A DNA stretch of 64,000 nt from an uncultured Jannaschia sp. (GCA_964637265.1 CAZWWR010000004.1:261-64260), one strand, 5' to 3'. Positions 1-10,512 are shown, numbered from the stretch's first letter. Program-made: numbers and translations. The notes: generated by a model from the sequence alone, not told the origin.

Positions 1-306
1 TTCGGGCTCGGCTCGGGCATCGCGGGCATCGCGGGCGTGGCCATCGGCCTCTATGCGCAGGTCACCTCCGAGATGGGCGCCAACTACATTGTGCAGTCCT
101 TCATGACGGTCGTGGTGGGCGGCGTGGGCTCGGTGTTCGGGACGCTCGCCGGCGCGGGCCTGATCGGCGGGCTGCAGAAGGGCATCGAGTGGCTCAACCC
201 GTCCAATACGCTCGCAGCGCAGACCTATATGATCCTCTTCGTGATCGCCTTCATCCAGTTCCGCCCGCGGGGGATCGTGCCCCAGAAGGGGAGGTTCGCG
301 CAGTGA
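1..306 (+). CDS. urtB: Urea ABC transporter permease UrtB, 5'-truncated by the window edge
   Basis: Hydrophobic LivH-type C-terminus (YIVQSFMTVVVGGVG, FIQFRPRGI); lies upstream of urtCDE. Confidence 0.85.
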   Translation, partial: FGLGSGIAGIAGVAIGLYAQVTSEMGANYIVQSFMTVVVGGVGSVFGTLAGAGLIGGLQKGIEWLNPSNTLAAQTYMILFVIAFIQFRPRGIVPQKGRFAQ

Positions 307-776
307 CCGAGATTCGGCAGGCCGACCCCTCCGATCCGGGCTTCGCGCGGCTGCTCGGTGCCCACGCCTCCCTCGGCGTCGCGACCACCCCGGCTGATAG
401 CGACCATATGCTCACCTTCAAGGGGCCGCGCCCGAAGAACCTAACCTTCTGGCTCGCAGTGGATCCCGACGGCGCGCCCGCCGGCATGGCCGCCCTGCGC
501 GCGCTGCCCTGTGGCGACGGAGAACTCAAGTCGATGCACGTGGCCCTGGCGGCGCGGGGCGGCGGCATCGGCGGCGCGCTGCTCGCCACGGTGATCGCGG
601 AGGCGCGGGCGCGTGGCATGCCCGCCCTGCGACTGGAGACAGGGACGCATCCCGCCTACGCGCCGGCCCGCGCGCTCTATGCCCGCCACGGCTTCGACAA
701 GACGGGACCCTTCGGCGACTACCGCCCCGATCCCCACTGCGCCTACATGGTGCTCGGCCTGACGGCCAAGTCGTGA
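303..776 (+). CDS. GNAT family N-acetyltransferase (YsnE-like)
   Basis: GTG start overlapping the urtB stop (GTGA); ELKSMHV, acetyl-CoA motif ARGGGIG, LETGT, ARALYARHGF. Confidence 0.85.
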   Translation: MTEIRQADPSDPGFARLLGAHASLGVATTPADSDHMLTFKGPRPKNLTFWLAVDPDGAPAGMAALRALPCGDGELKSMHVALAARGGGIGGALLATVIAEARARGMPALRLETGTHPAYAPARALYARHGFDKTGPFGDYRPDPHCAYMVLGLTAKS

Positions 777-2002
777 CCCGCACCCCGCTCATCCGCCGCC
801 CCGACGTGATCGCCGTCTTGGCCTGCCTCACGCTGATGACCGTCGGCGCGACCGTCCTCGCGGAGGCCGGGCTCATCTCCACGGCCTTCGTCAAGACGCT
901 GGGCAAGACGCTCTGCCTCTGCCTCGTGGCCCTCGCGATGGACCTCGTCTGGGGCTATTGCGGCATCCTCTCCCTCGGGCACATGGCCTTCTTCGGGATC
1001 GGCGGCTATGCCATCGGCATGTGGCTGATGACTGCCCGGACCGAGGGCATCGTCGCGGCCCAGCTCGCCCAGCGCCCCTTGCCACCGACCCCGGAGGAGA
1101 TCGACGCGGCCACGGCCACGCAGATATTCGGCGTCGTCGGCTCCGACGAGTTCCCCTGGATGTGGGCCTTCGCCGACTCGCTTCTGCTCCAGCTGATCGC
1201 CGTCGTCGCCGTCCCGGGCCTGCTCGCCCTCGTCTTCGGCTGGCTCGCCTTCCGGTCCCGCGTCACCGGCGTCTACCTGTCGATCCTGACCCAGGCCGGC
1301 ACGCTCGCCCTCTCTCTGTGGCTGTTCCAGAACGACACCGGGCTCCGCGGCAACAACGGCCTCTCGGGGCTTCAGAACGTCCCCGGCCTCGATCACGTGC
1401 CCCAGTCGCAGCTCTCGCTGTGGTTCCTCTGGGCCTCGGCCGCAGCGCTCGCCCTGACCTACCTCGCCGCCGCCTGGACGGTCGCCGGCCGCTTCGGCTC
1501 GGTTCTGCGCGCCATTCGGGACGACGAGGCGCGGGTGCGGTTCCTCGGCTACGAGGTGGAGCACTACAAGCTCGCCGTCTTCACCGGGACGGCCATGATC
1601 GCCGGCATCGCGGGCGCGCTCTACTACCCCCAGGCCGGAATCATAAACCCGGCGGAGATCGCCCCCATCGCGTCGATCTACCTCGCCGTCTGGGTGGCCA
1701 TCGGCGGCAGGGGGCGGCTCTACGGTGCGGTGATCGGAGCCGCGGTCGTCTCGCTGCTCTCCTCCTGGTTCACGGGCGGCGGGGCACCCGACATCCCGCT
1801 GGGCTTCTACACCGTCCAGTGGACGGATTGGTGGCTTGTGCTGCTCGGTCTCGGCTTCGTCGCCGTCACGCTCTTCGCCCCCGAGGGCCTCGCGGGACTG
1901 ATCGAGCGGATCTTCACGCGACGGCCCGAGCGTATCGGGGACATGGGGCCCGACCAGGGGAGCCTGCGCCGGGAGGAAGCCAGTTCGGAGCCGGCCGAAT
2001 GA
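773..2002 (+). CDS. urtC: Urea ABC transporter permease UrtC
   Basis: DLVWGYCGILSLGH, FRSRVTGVYLSILTQA, YYPQAGIINP; multi-TM. Confidence 0.9.
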   Translation: MTRTPLIRRPDVIAVLACLTLMTVGATVLAEAGLISTAFVKTLGKTLCLCLVALAMDLVWGYCGILSLGHMAFFGIGGYAIGMWLMTARTEGIVAAQLAQRPLPPTPEEIDAATATQIFGVVGSDEFPWMWAFADSLLLQLIAVVAVPGLLALVFGWLAFRSRVTGVYLSILTQAGTLALSLWLFQNDTGLRGNNGLSGLQNVPGLDHVPQSQLSLWFLWASAAALALTYLAAAWTVAGRFGSVLRAIRDDEARVRFLGYEVEHYKLAVFTGTAMIAGIAGALYYPQAGIINPAEIAPIASIYLAVWVAIGGRGRLYGAVIGAAVVSLLSSWFTGGGAPDIPLGFYTVQWTDWWLVLLGLGFVAVTLFAPEGLAGLIERIFTRRPERIGDMGPDQGSLRREEASSEPAE

Positions 2003-2727
2003 GCCTTCTCGAGGTCGACGGCGTCACCAAGAGCTTCGACGGCTTCCGTGCCATCGACTCGCTCTCCTTCGTGATGGGCGAGCCCGAGCTTCGCGCGGTC
2101 ATCGGGCCGAACGGTGCGGGCAAGACCACCTTCATGGATCTCGTCACCGGCAAGACGCGCCCCGATGTTGGGACCGTGCGTTTCGACGGCCGCGTGATCA
2201 CCACCCTCTCGGAGGCCCGGATCGCGCGGGCGGGTATCGGGCGGAAGTTTCAGAAGCCGACGGTCTTCGAGGACCAGACCGTCGCCGAGAACCTCCGCCT
2301 CGCGCTTCGGGGAACGCGCGCGCCCCTCACCGTGCTGGTGAGGCGACGTGATCACCCGGAGCGGATACGGGAACTGGCGCTTGAGGTGGGGCTCGAGGAG
2401 GCGCTCGCCCGGCGCGCAGGGGTTCTTTCGCACGGACAGAAGCAGTGGCTGGAGATCGGCATGCTGCTGGCGTCCGAACCACGCCTCCTGCTGGTCGACG
2501 AGCCCGCGGCCGGCATGACGGCGGCGGAGCGCGAGCGGACCACCGACCTTCTGATCTCGATCGCCCGCACGCGTGCCGTGGTCGTGGTCGAGCACGACAT
2601 GGAGTTCGTCCGCCGCCTCGACTGCCGTGTCACCGTGCTTCACCAGGGCCGCGTCCTTGCCGAAGGTTCGATCGATCACGTGACGTCCGACCGCGAAGTG
2701 ATCGACGTCTATCTGGGACAGCACTGA
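1999..2727 (+). CDS. urtD: Urea ABC transporter ATP-binding protein UrtD
   Basis: ATG at 1999 overlaps the urtC stop; Walker A GPNGAGKT, GRKFQKPTVF, LSHGQKQWLEIGM, LLVDEP. Confidence 0.9.
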   Translation: MSLLEVDGVTKSFDGFRAIDSLSFVMGEPELRAVIGPNGAGKTTFMDLVTGKTRPDVGTVRFDGRVITTLSEARIARAGIGRKFQKPTVFEDQTVAENLRLALRGTRAPLTVLVRRRDHPERIRELALEVGLEEALARRAGVLSHGQKQWLEIGMLLASEPRLLLVDEPAAGMTAAERERTTDLLISIARTRAVVVVEHDMEFVRRLDCRVTVLHQGRVLAEGSIDHVTSDREVIDVYLGQH

Positions 2728-3416
2728 TGCTCGCGCTGCGCGACCTCACCCTCGGCTATGGCGGCTCGGTCATCATCCCCGGCCTCGACCTCGAGGCAGC
2801 GGTCGGGGAGGTGACCTGCGTCATGGGGCTGAACGGGGTGGGCAAGACGTCGCTCCTGAAGGCGATCGCCGGGCGCCACCCATCCGGTGGGGTGGCGACG
2901 CTCGGCGGATCGGTGTTGCCCAAGGGCGCACACGCCCGCGCGAGGGCCGGCATCGCCTACGTCCCACAGGGCCGGGAGATCTTTCCGCTCATGACGGTGC
3001 GGGAGAATCTGGAGGCGGGCTTCGCGTGCCTGCCCCGGTCCGAGCGCAGGATCCCCGAGGAGGTGCACGCGCTCTTTCCGGTACTCGCCGAGATGGCCGA
3101 ACGCCGCGGCGGCGATCTCTCGGGCGGCCAGCAACAGCAGCTCGCCATCGCCCGCTCGCTCGTGACCCGGCCGAAGGTGCTTCTGCTGGACGAGCCGACC
3201 GAGGGCATCCAGCCCTCGATCATCGCCGAGATCGGCCGTGTGATAGAGCGGGTGCGCGCGGACGGACAGATGGCCGTGCTGCTCGTGGAGCAGCGGTTCG
3301 ACTTCGCCTGGGATCTCGCGGATCGTGTCGTCGTCATGCAGCGTGGCGAGGTCGTACACGATGCGCCCCGCGGCGAATGCGACAGGGCCGAAATCCTCTC
3401 CCTGGTGTCCGTCTAG
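2727..3416 (+). CDS. urtE: Urea ABC transporter ATP-binding protein UrtE
   Basis: GLNGVGKT, YVPQGREIFP, LSGGQQQQLA, LLDEPTEGIQPSII. Confidence 0.9.
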   Translation: MLALRDLTLGYGGSVIIPGLDLEAAVGEVTCVMGLNGVGKTSLLKAIAGRHPSGGVATLGGSVLPKGAHARARAGIAYVPQGREIFPLMTVRENLEAGFACLPRSERRIPEEVHALFPVLAEMAERRGGDLSGGQQQQLAIARSLVTRPKVLLLDEPTEGIQPSIIAEIGRVIERVRADGQMAVLLVEQRFDFAWDLADRVVVMQRGEVVHDAPRGECDRAEILSLVSV

Positions 3417-3685
3417 GAGCCTCACGCGAGCCTCCGCTGGATTCCGCCCGAGGGGTACAGGAGGCCCGCGGGCGGCCACTGCGAGGAGAGGCGTCGTCGC
3501 TTCGGAGCGTGCCGGCGCAGATGCGGGTCGCTAGAACGTCTCCCGGCAATAGCACTCGCGTCACACCTAGACGGCCGCCTGCGCGAAGTCGACGTGATCG
3601 CTTCGGCATCAGCACGCGAGGGTTTTCGCAGCACTCGGGTCGCTATCGACCCCGCTCGGGAGGCACGCTGCGCGATAGCAGGTGC

Positions 3686-4525
3686 TCAGACGGCGTCCCG
3701 GACGATCTCGCATGCCGCCACCAACGCATCGTCCGAATGGCGGCGCAGGGCGAAGGCGGTCATCACGCCGATGGAAGGTGCGAAATCCGACACGAGGAGG
3801 TCGCACCCGACATCGAGCCGTTCCCCTGCGTCGGCGTTGGCGTACCAGTGAATCTCCCGGCTGCGGACTGGCAGGAGCGCGGTCTCGCCCAGTGCGGCAT
3901 CCTCTGCCGCGGCGATGGCCCTGAGGGCGGTACGCATCGGCAGGATGCCCGTGTGGTCCAGATCGTTCGACGCGATCGGGGAGGAGATCAGAGGCATCGC
4001 GGCCTCTCCCGCGGTTCCAAGGGCAGCGCGGCGCGCGCGCATGCCGCGGACGTCCTCGGGCAGGTCCTCCGGCGGAGCGGTTCTGAACGTCCGCTGCATC
4101 CGCGCGCTGCGCAACGACGCGTTCGATGCGCCGATGCGGCGGGCGAAGCGGGACACGAGGTCGATCCTGACCGTCCCGATGCCCGCGGAGGCGACGATGC
4201 GCGAGCGCCAGCCCGTCTGCGGAGTGGGCGCAGACGCGAGTGTCAGGGCGGGCAAAGTTCCCCCGTCCAACGAGCCGAGGTCGCCCGCGACGCGCGAAGA
4301 GACGATCAGCGGGAGCACGCGCTCGCCAGACGCATCGGTCATGGCCTCCGGGAGGGCGCCGCAGTGGCGCGCGATCGCCGCCCTATGGAGCCGCATCGCG
4401 GCATCGAGCAGCGAGGCCTCGTGGCGGGCGTCGTCCCAGACGCGGTGAGGCCGCAGGTCGAGCGCAGCGCCGTAGCGCAATCCTGCTGCTGGGGCGAAGG
4501 CATCGGTGTCAGTGTACGGAAGCAT
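3686..4525 (-). CDS. Putative double-hotdog-fold biosynthetic protein (Pnap_2097/LnmK-like)
   Basis: 279-aa ORF with GAGGAG RBS; LHRAAIARHCG..MTDASGERVLP and C-terminal REIHWYANADAGE resemble this family from memory. Confidence 0.5.
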   Translation of the reverse strand: MLPYTDTDAFAPAAGLRYGAALDLRPHRVWDDARHEASLLDAAMRLHRAAIARHCGALPEAMTDASGERVLPLIVSSRVAGDLGSLDGGTLPALTLASAPTPQTGWRSRIVASAGIGTVRIDLVSRFARRIGASNASLRSARMQRTFRTAPPEDLPEDVRGMRARRAALGTAGEAAMPLISSPIASNDLDHTGILPMRTALRAIAAAEDAALGETALLPVRSREIHWYANADAGERLDVGCDLLVSDFAPSIGVMTAFALRRHSDDALVAACEIVRDAV

Positions 4526-4551
4526 GGTCGCGGCTCCTCTCGGTCGGGAGC

Positions 4552-4599
4552 ATCATGCGGCGAAACCGGTCGGGGGTGGCGTGAATAGCGCGTGAATTC
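4552..4599 (-). promoter_or_regulatory. Direct repeat ATTCAC-N5-ATTCAC plus putative -10 (CATGAT)
   Basis: GTGAAT at 4581 and 4592 on + strand; ATCATG at 4552-4557; same geometry recurs at 50438-50485. Confidence 0.45.
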
Positions 4600-4946
4600 G
4601 GCTCGTCTACCCGGGTTCGGAGGGCCGTTCAGGAGCAAACGGCACCGGGTGCCTCCCGCCACGTCAATCTACAGTCCCCGTGAGAGGGGCATGGCCCGGG
4701 GCGTTCGCTTGCGGCTTGGTTCCTCGCATGTCGAAACGGAACCGGAACACTTCACCTTGAGGCGGACACCGGGACACAATGCCGGTCGAGGCTAGGTGCC
4801 GTCAGCCGAAGGACATGGCGGGGTCTCATGGCGTCTGCCCACATGGCAGGGCTCGTGAAGCTTCAAAGAGAGGTAAAAGACGATCACCTTCGGCGCTGCC
4901 GCCATTCCGCCTTGCAAGCTCACAGAGGTCGAGCGGACAGGGCCGC

Positions 4947-6179
4947 CTATTCGGAGCGGCGAGCCGTCAGGGCGACGTCGATCGAGACCCCGAACCCGAC
5001 GGTCGTCTCGTCGCCGTAGGCCGTCCCCATTGCGAAGTCCCGCCGGTCGACCTCGACGCGGCCCGACATCGTCGCCTGATCGCCGTCGATCTCGAGGACG
5101 AAGGGCAGACGCACCGGAACGGACGCCTCCCGGATCGAAAGACTGCCCTCCGCGACGTGCCCCTCGCCGTCCTCCGCCGGTGAGATCGCAGCCTCGAAGA
5201 GCGCCTGCGGATACTCCGACGAGGCGAGGAACTCCTCTCCGGTGGCTTGCGACGTCACCGACCCAAGGGTGAGGGAGCCGGTATCAACCGTCACCTCGAC
5301 CCGGCCGTTCCCCGTCGCCTCGTCGTAGTCGATGGCCGCGTCCCAAGCGGCGAAGGTCCCCGTCACATCCTGTCCGAGCTGCGTCACGGTGATCGAGAGC
5401 GTCCCCTCCTCCACCGACCAGTTGGGCTCGAACGCCGCCTGCGCAGGGAGGGCCGCCGGAGCGTCGGCCGGAGCGTCGACCGCCGGTCGGAGCGCGACGC
5501 CGGCCGCAAGCGCGCCAGCCCATACGGCGACCGCAGCGGCCAGGGGTAGGATGGCGGAATGGCGCCCTTCGAGCACGCTTTGCGGCTCGGCCCCCCGCAG
5601 CATCCGCGCCAACGTCGCATCCCTGTCGATCACCGCATGCTTCAGGGCTCCCGCCACGTGCAGCGCCAGCGAGGCGCCGAGCACGATGAGCGCCGCCCGG
5701 TGAAGCGTGGCGAAGAGTTCGGCGAGAGCCGGGTCCGACGGCACACCCGGCAGGCCCTGACCGAACGGCCACAGGATCGGAGCGAAGCCGACCGCGCTCG
5801 CGTGGTGGATCCAGCCGGTCAGGGGAACCGCGACGAGCGCGCCATAGAGGAGCCAATGAACGGTGGCGGCCAGGAACGTTTCCAGCTTGCGGTCCGGATG
5901 GAGCGCGACCGGCCGCGGCTGGGTGAGAGCCCACAGGATCCGGAGCAGCGCGGTCAGGAAAACGACGATGCCGGTCGTCTTGTGCCAAGAGAACAGGGTC
6001 GCCTTGACGGCCAGTTCCGCGTCCGTCGCGTAGGGCCATTCGTGCGCGACGATCCCGAGAACGGCCGCGGTCGGGATGAGAAGCGCGATCGACCAGTGGA
6101 ACGCGCGCTCGACCCAGCCGTACGTCGTGGCGGAATTGGTCGCGCGGGTGCGGTGAGGCAGTGTGGCGGCGTCGGACAT
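4947..6179 (-). CDS. Cytochrome b561 (YceJ-like) fused to a YceI domain
   Basis: TM haem-ligand His motifs (AFHWS, WHKTTG, VHWLLY, LHVAGALKH) followed by a YceI-like beta domain (DTGSLTLGSVT, VDRRDFAMG). Confidence 0.85.
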   Translation of the reverse strand: MSDAATLPHRTRATNSATTYGWVERAFHWSIALLIPTAAVLGIVAHEWPYATDAELAVKATLFSWHKTTGIVVFLTALLRILWALTQPRPVALHPDRKLETFLAATVHWLLYGALVAVPLTGWIHHASAVGFAPILWPFGQGLPGVPSDPALAELFATLHRAALIVLGASLALHVAGALKHAVIDRDATLARMLRGAEPQSVLEGRHSAILPLAAAVAVWAGALAAGVALRPAVDAPADAPAALPAQAAFEPNWSVEEGTLSITVTQLGQDVTGTFAAWDAAIDYDEATGNGRVEVTVDTGSLTLGSVTSQATGEEFLASSEYPQALFEAAISPAEDGEGHVAEGSLSIREASVPVRLPFVLEIDGDQATMSGRVEVDRRDFAMGTAYGDETTVGFGVSIDVALTARRSE

Positions 6180-6442
6180 CGGAACCCCCTTCGCGGTTGC
6201 GGCAGACCTAGCGCACCGTCGCGGCCGTCCCAATCCCGCCCGGGCGCGCAAGTGCTGTGCGCGGTTCGCACGATGCCCATGCGCACGTACGTCGGACGCC
6301 TGAGGCGCGGGGCGGCTCCTCGCGCCACAGGACGCGGCTCGGCGTCGCGACCCTCATCCCTCCGGTGAGGAAATTCCCACGGCCGGAGGGTTCCCCGGCC
6401 TCCCGGCGAACGCTAGACGGCGCGAAACCGAGGGGAGGGATC

Positions 6443-7384
6443 ATGGGCCGAGCATTCGTCTTTCCGGGGCAGGGGGCCCAGACCATCGGCATGGGGAGGG
6501 ACCTCGCCGATGCCTACCCCGAGGCCCGTGCCGTCTTCGAGGAGGTGGACGACGCCCTCGGGGAGCCCCTCTCCTCCCTCATCTGGGATGGCGATGCCGA
6601 GACCCTCACCCTGACCGCGAACGCGCAGCCCGCTTTGATGGCGACGTCGATCGCCGCCCTGCGGGCGCTCGAGGCGGGAGGCGTCGACATGGGGCGACAC
6701 ACCTCCTGCGTGGCCGGCCACTCCCTGGGCGAGTACACCGCGCTGGTCGCGGCCCGCGCCCTGACGGTCGGGGACGCCGCCCGGCTCCTCAGACGCCGCG
6801 GCGAGGCGATGCAGGAGGCGGTGCCCGCCGGGCTGGGGGCGATGGCCGCCCTGCTCGGACTGGGCATCGACGATGCGCGGGCAGTTGCGCGCGAGGCCGC
6901 CGCCGCCGTCGAGGTCTGCGAGGCCGCGAACGACAACGATCCGACCCAGGTCGTGGTCTCCGGCCACCGGGATGCGGTCGGCAGGGCGGTGGACCTCGCG
7001 AAGGAGCGGGGCGCGAAGCGGGCGGTCATGCTGCCGGTCTCGGCGCCCTTCCATTGCAAGCTTATGGAGCCGGCCGCGCAGGTGATGGCGGCGGAGTTGG
7101 GGCGGATCGAACTCGTCACCCCGATCGTCCCCGTGATCGCGAACGTCACCGCGAGCCCCGCGGACGATCCGGGCACCCTCCGCGACCTTCTCGTGATGCA
7201 GGTGACGCGCACCGTGAGGTGGCGGGAAAGCGTGGCGCGCATGGCTACCGACGGAGTGACCGAGGTCTGGGAGATCGGTGCCGGCAAGGCGCTGTCGGGA
7301 ATGGTCCGCCGGATCGACCGCTCGCTCGCGACCCGAAGCATCGGCTCACCGGACGACGTGGCCGCAGCACTGGAGGGACTGTGA
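6443..7384 (+). CDS. fabD: Malonyl-CoA:ACP transacylase
   Basis: FVFPGQGAQ, AQPAL, GHSLGEY, VSAPFH; GGAGG RBS. Confidence 0.97.
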   Translation: MGRAFVFPGQGAQTIGMGRDLADAYPEARAVFEEVDDALGEPLSSLIWDGDAETLTLTANAQPALMATSIAALRALEAGGVDMGRHTSCVAGHSLGEYTALVAARALTVGDAARLLRRRGEAMQEAVPAGLGAMAALLGLGIDDARAVAREAAAAVEVCEAANDNDPTQVVVSGHRDAVGRAVDLAKERGAKRAVMLPVSAPFHCKLMEPAAQVMAAELGRIELVTPIVPVIANVTASPADDPGTLRDLLVMQVTRTVRWRESVARMATDGVTEVWEIGAGKALSGMVRRIDRSLATRSIGSPDDVAAALEGL

Positions 7385-8121
7385 TGTTCGACCTGACGGG
7401 CCGCCGTGCCCTCGTCACCGGGGCCTCCGGCGGGATCGGCGCCGCGGTCGCGAGAGCGCTCCACGCGGGGGGCGCGCATGTGGCGCTGTCCGGCACCCGC
7501 ACGGAACCGCTCGAGACCCTTGCGGCGGAACTCGGCGAGCGCGCGGTCGTCACGCCATGCAACCTCTCGGACGCGGAGGCGGTCGTGGGGCTGCCGAAGG
7601 CCGCGGCGGAGGCGATGGGCGGGGTGGACATTCTGGTGAACAATGCCGGGGTGACGCGGGACAACCTCTTCATGCGGATGAGCGAGGAGGAGTGGGCCCA
7701 GGTCATCGAGGTGAACCTCACCGCGGCGTTCAGGCTCTCGAAGGGGGTGCTCCGCGGGATGATGAAGTCCCGCTGGGGCCGTATCGTCAACGTCTCCTCG
7801 GTGGTGGGCGCGACGGGCAATCCGGGGCAGGGCAACTACGCCGCGTCGAAGGCGGGCCTCGTCGGCATGTCGAAGTCGCTGGCCTACGAGGTCGCGTCGC
7901 GCGGGATCACCGTGAACGCCGTCGCGCCGGGCTTCATCGCCACCGCCATGACGGGCAAGCTGACCGACGATCAGAAGGCCCAGATAGACGATCGCATCCC
8001 GGCCGGGAGAATGGGCACGCCGGAGGAGGTGGCCGCGGCCGTGGTCTACCTCGCGAGTGACGAGGCGGCCTACGTCACCGGTTCGGTCCTGCACGTGAAC
8101 GGCGGGCTCGCCATGCTCTGA
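7384..8121 (+). CDS. fabG: 3-oxoacyl-ACP reductase
   Basis: TGASGGIG, NNAG, YAASKAG, NAVAPGFI. Confidence 0.97.
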   Translation: MFDLTGRRALVTGASGGIGAAVARALHAGGAHVALSGTRTEPLETLAAELGERAVVTPCNLSDAEAVVGLPKAAAEAMGGVDILVNNAGVTRDNLFMRMSEEEWAQVIEVNLTAAFRLSKGVLRGMMKSRWGRIVNVSSVVGATGNPGQGNYAASKAGLVGMSKSLAYEVASRGITVNAVAPGFIATAMTGKLTDDQKAQIDDRIPAGRMGTPEEVAAAVVYLASDEAAYVTGSVLHVNGGLAML

Positions 8122-8396
8122 GGTTCCGGCGAACCAGCGAGGTCCGTAGGGCACCTTGGAGACCCGCGGAGTGCATTCCGCACGCGCGGCGATAGCGCGG
8201 AGGCCAGAACGACCCCGGGTCGGACCCTTGCCGCGCTTCCACTCCGGACGGTGCCGAAGCGGGCACCACTCACCATCCCGCCAGCGTGAACCCTCGCCTG
8301 CGCGCAGCCGAGCCCGCGGATTGCTGAGCATCCTTCCGCACCCCCGCCTAACTCCAAGCGCCGGACGGCGCGGGTACGGGTCGGGTTCGAATGCGT

Positions 8397-8424
8397 TTGC
8401 ACGTGCCTATCGCCATGATATAGG
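8397..8424 (+). promoter_or_regulatory. Putative sigma70 promoter of acpP
   Basis: TTGCAC-N16-TATAGG about 120 nt upstream of the acpP start. Confidence 0.45.
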
Positions 8425-8546
8425 CCCGCGCGTGACGCAGGGGGTGCCGGCTGGCTCCCCTGGGGGAGGCGTCGCCAGATGCGGTCCCCCGAGGCGAGCA
8501 GCGAACGGACCGGCGCCCTGCGCGCCATCACGGAAGAGGGAACGAC

Positions 8547-8786
8547 ATGGCTGACGGCGACATCGAGGATCGCGTGCGCAAGAAGGTTGTCGAGCATCTC
8601 GGCGTCGAGGAAGAGAAGGTGACCGAGAACGCCTCCTTCATCGACGACCTTGGCGCCGACTCGCTCGATACGGTCGAGCTCGTCATGGCCTTCGAGGAGG
8701 AGTTCGGCATCGAGATCCCCGACGACGCGGCCGAGTCGATCCAGACCTTCGGCGATGCGGTCAAGTTCATCAAGGAAAACACCTGA
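8547..8786 (+). CDS. acpP: Acyl carrier protein
   Basis: [20 protein letters not shown]. Confidence 0.98.
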   Translation: MADGDIEDRVRKKVVEHLGVEEEKVTENASFIDDLGADSLDTVELVMAFEEEFGIEIPDDAAESIQTFGDAVKFIKENT

Positions 8787-8815
8787 GCCTTTCGGGAAAG
8801 GTGTGTCCGGACGAG

Positions 8816-8843
8816 AGGCGCCCTTCGGGGCGCCTTCTTTCTT
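8816..8843 (+). terminator. Rho-independent terminator after acpP
   Basis: AGGCGCCC-TTCG-GGGCGCCT hairpin followed by TCTTTCTT. Confidence 0.8.
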
Positions 8844-9114
8844 GATGCTGGCTCGCGCGAACGGTCGGAGGGCCCGTGATGGAGGCGGTTCGCATGTGCC
8901 CGCCCGTCGGACCGGTGGGCGACGTCTCGAGGCCGCGCGGGACGGGGACCGGACACCGTCGAGGCATTGTCGCCATGCTGCAGGTAGGTCGGCCCCGGTT
9001 GCGCCCGTAAGTTCTCGGCAGAGAGCTTAGGGGCACTTCCGACAACGCGGTCGAGCTTCGGGGGTATTCCGGCGCGTCGTCGTGTGAGATGCCTGCGCCG
9101 GGGCACGGTTTGGG

Positions 9115-9936
9115 ATGACTGGAATGAGTGTCGGCATCTTCGACAGCGGCCTCGGCGGGCTCACGGTCTGGAAGGCCGTCTCCGCGAGGCTGCCGGACCT
9201 ACCCCTGACCTACTACGCCGACAGCGCGCACGCTCCGTATGGCACCCGCACCGCCGACGATGTGCACGGGCTGACCCGCGACGCCGTACACCGGCTCTGG
9301 GAGGACGGGTGCAACCTCGTCGTGCTGGCATGCAACACCGCCTCGGCCGCCGCCCTGCGCCGGATGCAGGAAGCGGGCGTGCCGGATGGCAAGCGCGTCC
9401 TCGGCGTCTTCGTGCCCCTCATCGAGGCGCTGACCGAGCGTCGCTGGGGCGACAACTCTCCCCCGCGAGAGGTGAGGGTGAAGCAGGTGGCGCTGTTCGC
9501 CACGCCTGCCACGGTTGCCTCACGCGCCTTCCAGCGGGAACTCGCTTTCCGCGCCGTCGGTGTGGACGTCGAGGCGCAGGCCTGCGGCGGCGTCGTGGAC
9601 GCGATCGAGGACGGGGATGGCATCCTCGCGGAGGCGCTGGTGCGATCCCACGTGGACGCCCTGCTGCGGAAGATGCCGCATCCCGACGCGGCGATCCTTG
9701 GCTGCACCCATTACCCGCTGATGCACGAGACCTTTCAGAAGGCCCTCGGCTCGGATGTCAGGGTCTTCTCGCAGGCCGACATTGTCGCCGAAAGCCTCGC
9801 CGACTATCTTGAGCGAAGACCGGAGATGCGCGGCAGCGAGGGCGCGGCGCGGTTTGTCACCACGGGCGATCCGGCCCGCGTGTCGAACCGCGCCACCCAG
9901 TTCCTCCGCCGCCCGCTCCGGTTCGAGGCCGCTTGA
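9115..9936 (+). CDS. murI: Glutamate racemase
   Basis: [25 protein letters not shown]; start may be 9124. Confidence 0.95.
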   Translation: MTGMSVGIFDSGLGGLTVWKAVSARLPDLPLTYYADSAHAPYGTRTADDVHGLTRDAVHRLWEDGCNLVVLACNTASAAALRRMQEAGVPDGKRVLGVFVPLIEALTERRWGDNSPPREVRVKQVALFATPATVASRAFQRELAFRAVGVDVEAQACGGVVDAIEDGDGILAEALVRSHVDALLRKMPHPDAAILGCTHYPLMHETFQKALGSDVRVFSQADIVAESLADYLERRPEMRGSEGAARFVTTGDPARVSNRATQFLRRPLRFEAA

Positions 9937-9950
9937 GGAGGGGGGGGACG

Positions 9951-10394
9951 ATGCGCTCGCTGAAGAAGGCCCGCCGCATACAGGTGATTGCCATCGCCGC
10001 TGTCGCGCTGGCCTTGTCCTCCGCGCTCGTCGGCTACGCGATGCGGGACGGGATCAATTTCTTCCGCGCGCCGTCGCAGGTCGCGGAAGCGCCGCCTCCG
10101 CCGACCGAGACCTTCCGCATCGGCGGCCTCGTCGAGGAGGGCAGCCTCGTGCGCGGCCAGGGCGAGACGATCACGTTCAGCGTGACCGACGGAGGGGCGA
10201 GCGTCCCCGTCGCGTATACCGGCGTTCTCCCCGATCTCTTCGGCGAGGGCGAAGGCATGGTCGGGACCGGCCGACTCGTCGACGGAGTGTTCGAGGCGAC
10301 CGAGATCCTCGCCCGACATGACGAGACGTACATGCCGGCCGAGGTGATCGACGCGCTGAAGGACCAGGGCGTCTACCAGTCCCCGGAAAGCTGA
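9951..10394 (+). CDS. ccmE: Cytochrome c maturation haem chaperone CcmE
   Basis: N-terminal TM, RIGGLV, LPDLF, LARHDETYMP haem-binding motif. Confidence 0.95.
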   Translation: MRSLKKARRIQVIAIAAVALALSSALVGYAMRDGINFFRAPSQVAEAPPPPTETFRIGGLVEEGSLVRGQGETITFSVTDGGASVPVAYTGVLPDLFGEGEGMVGTGRLVDGVFEATEILARHDETYMPAEVIDALKDQGVYQSPES

Positions 10395-10512
10395 CGCGGG
10401 CGCACCAGCCCGGAAAGCGTCCGCGAGCGAGTGTGTCGTTCCGAATGACTGCGCATCGGGAGGAGGCGCCGCGAAGGCGAGCGTGGCGTTCGCGGCCCGA
10501 CCGACGCGGGTC

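Noticed and set aside
4603-4618. TCGTCTACC(C)GGGTTC shared with 17780-17795
   Set aside because: Short match without shared flanks; plausible by chance
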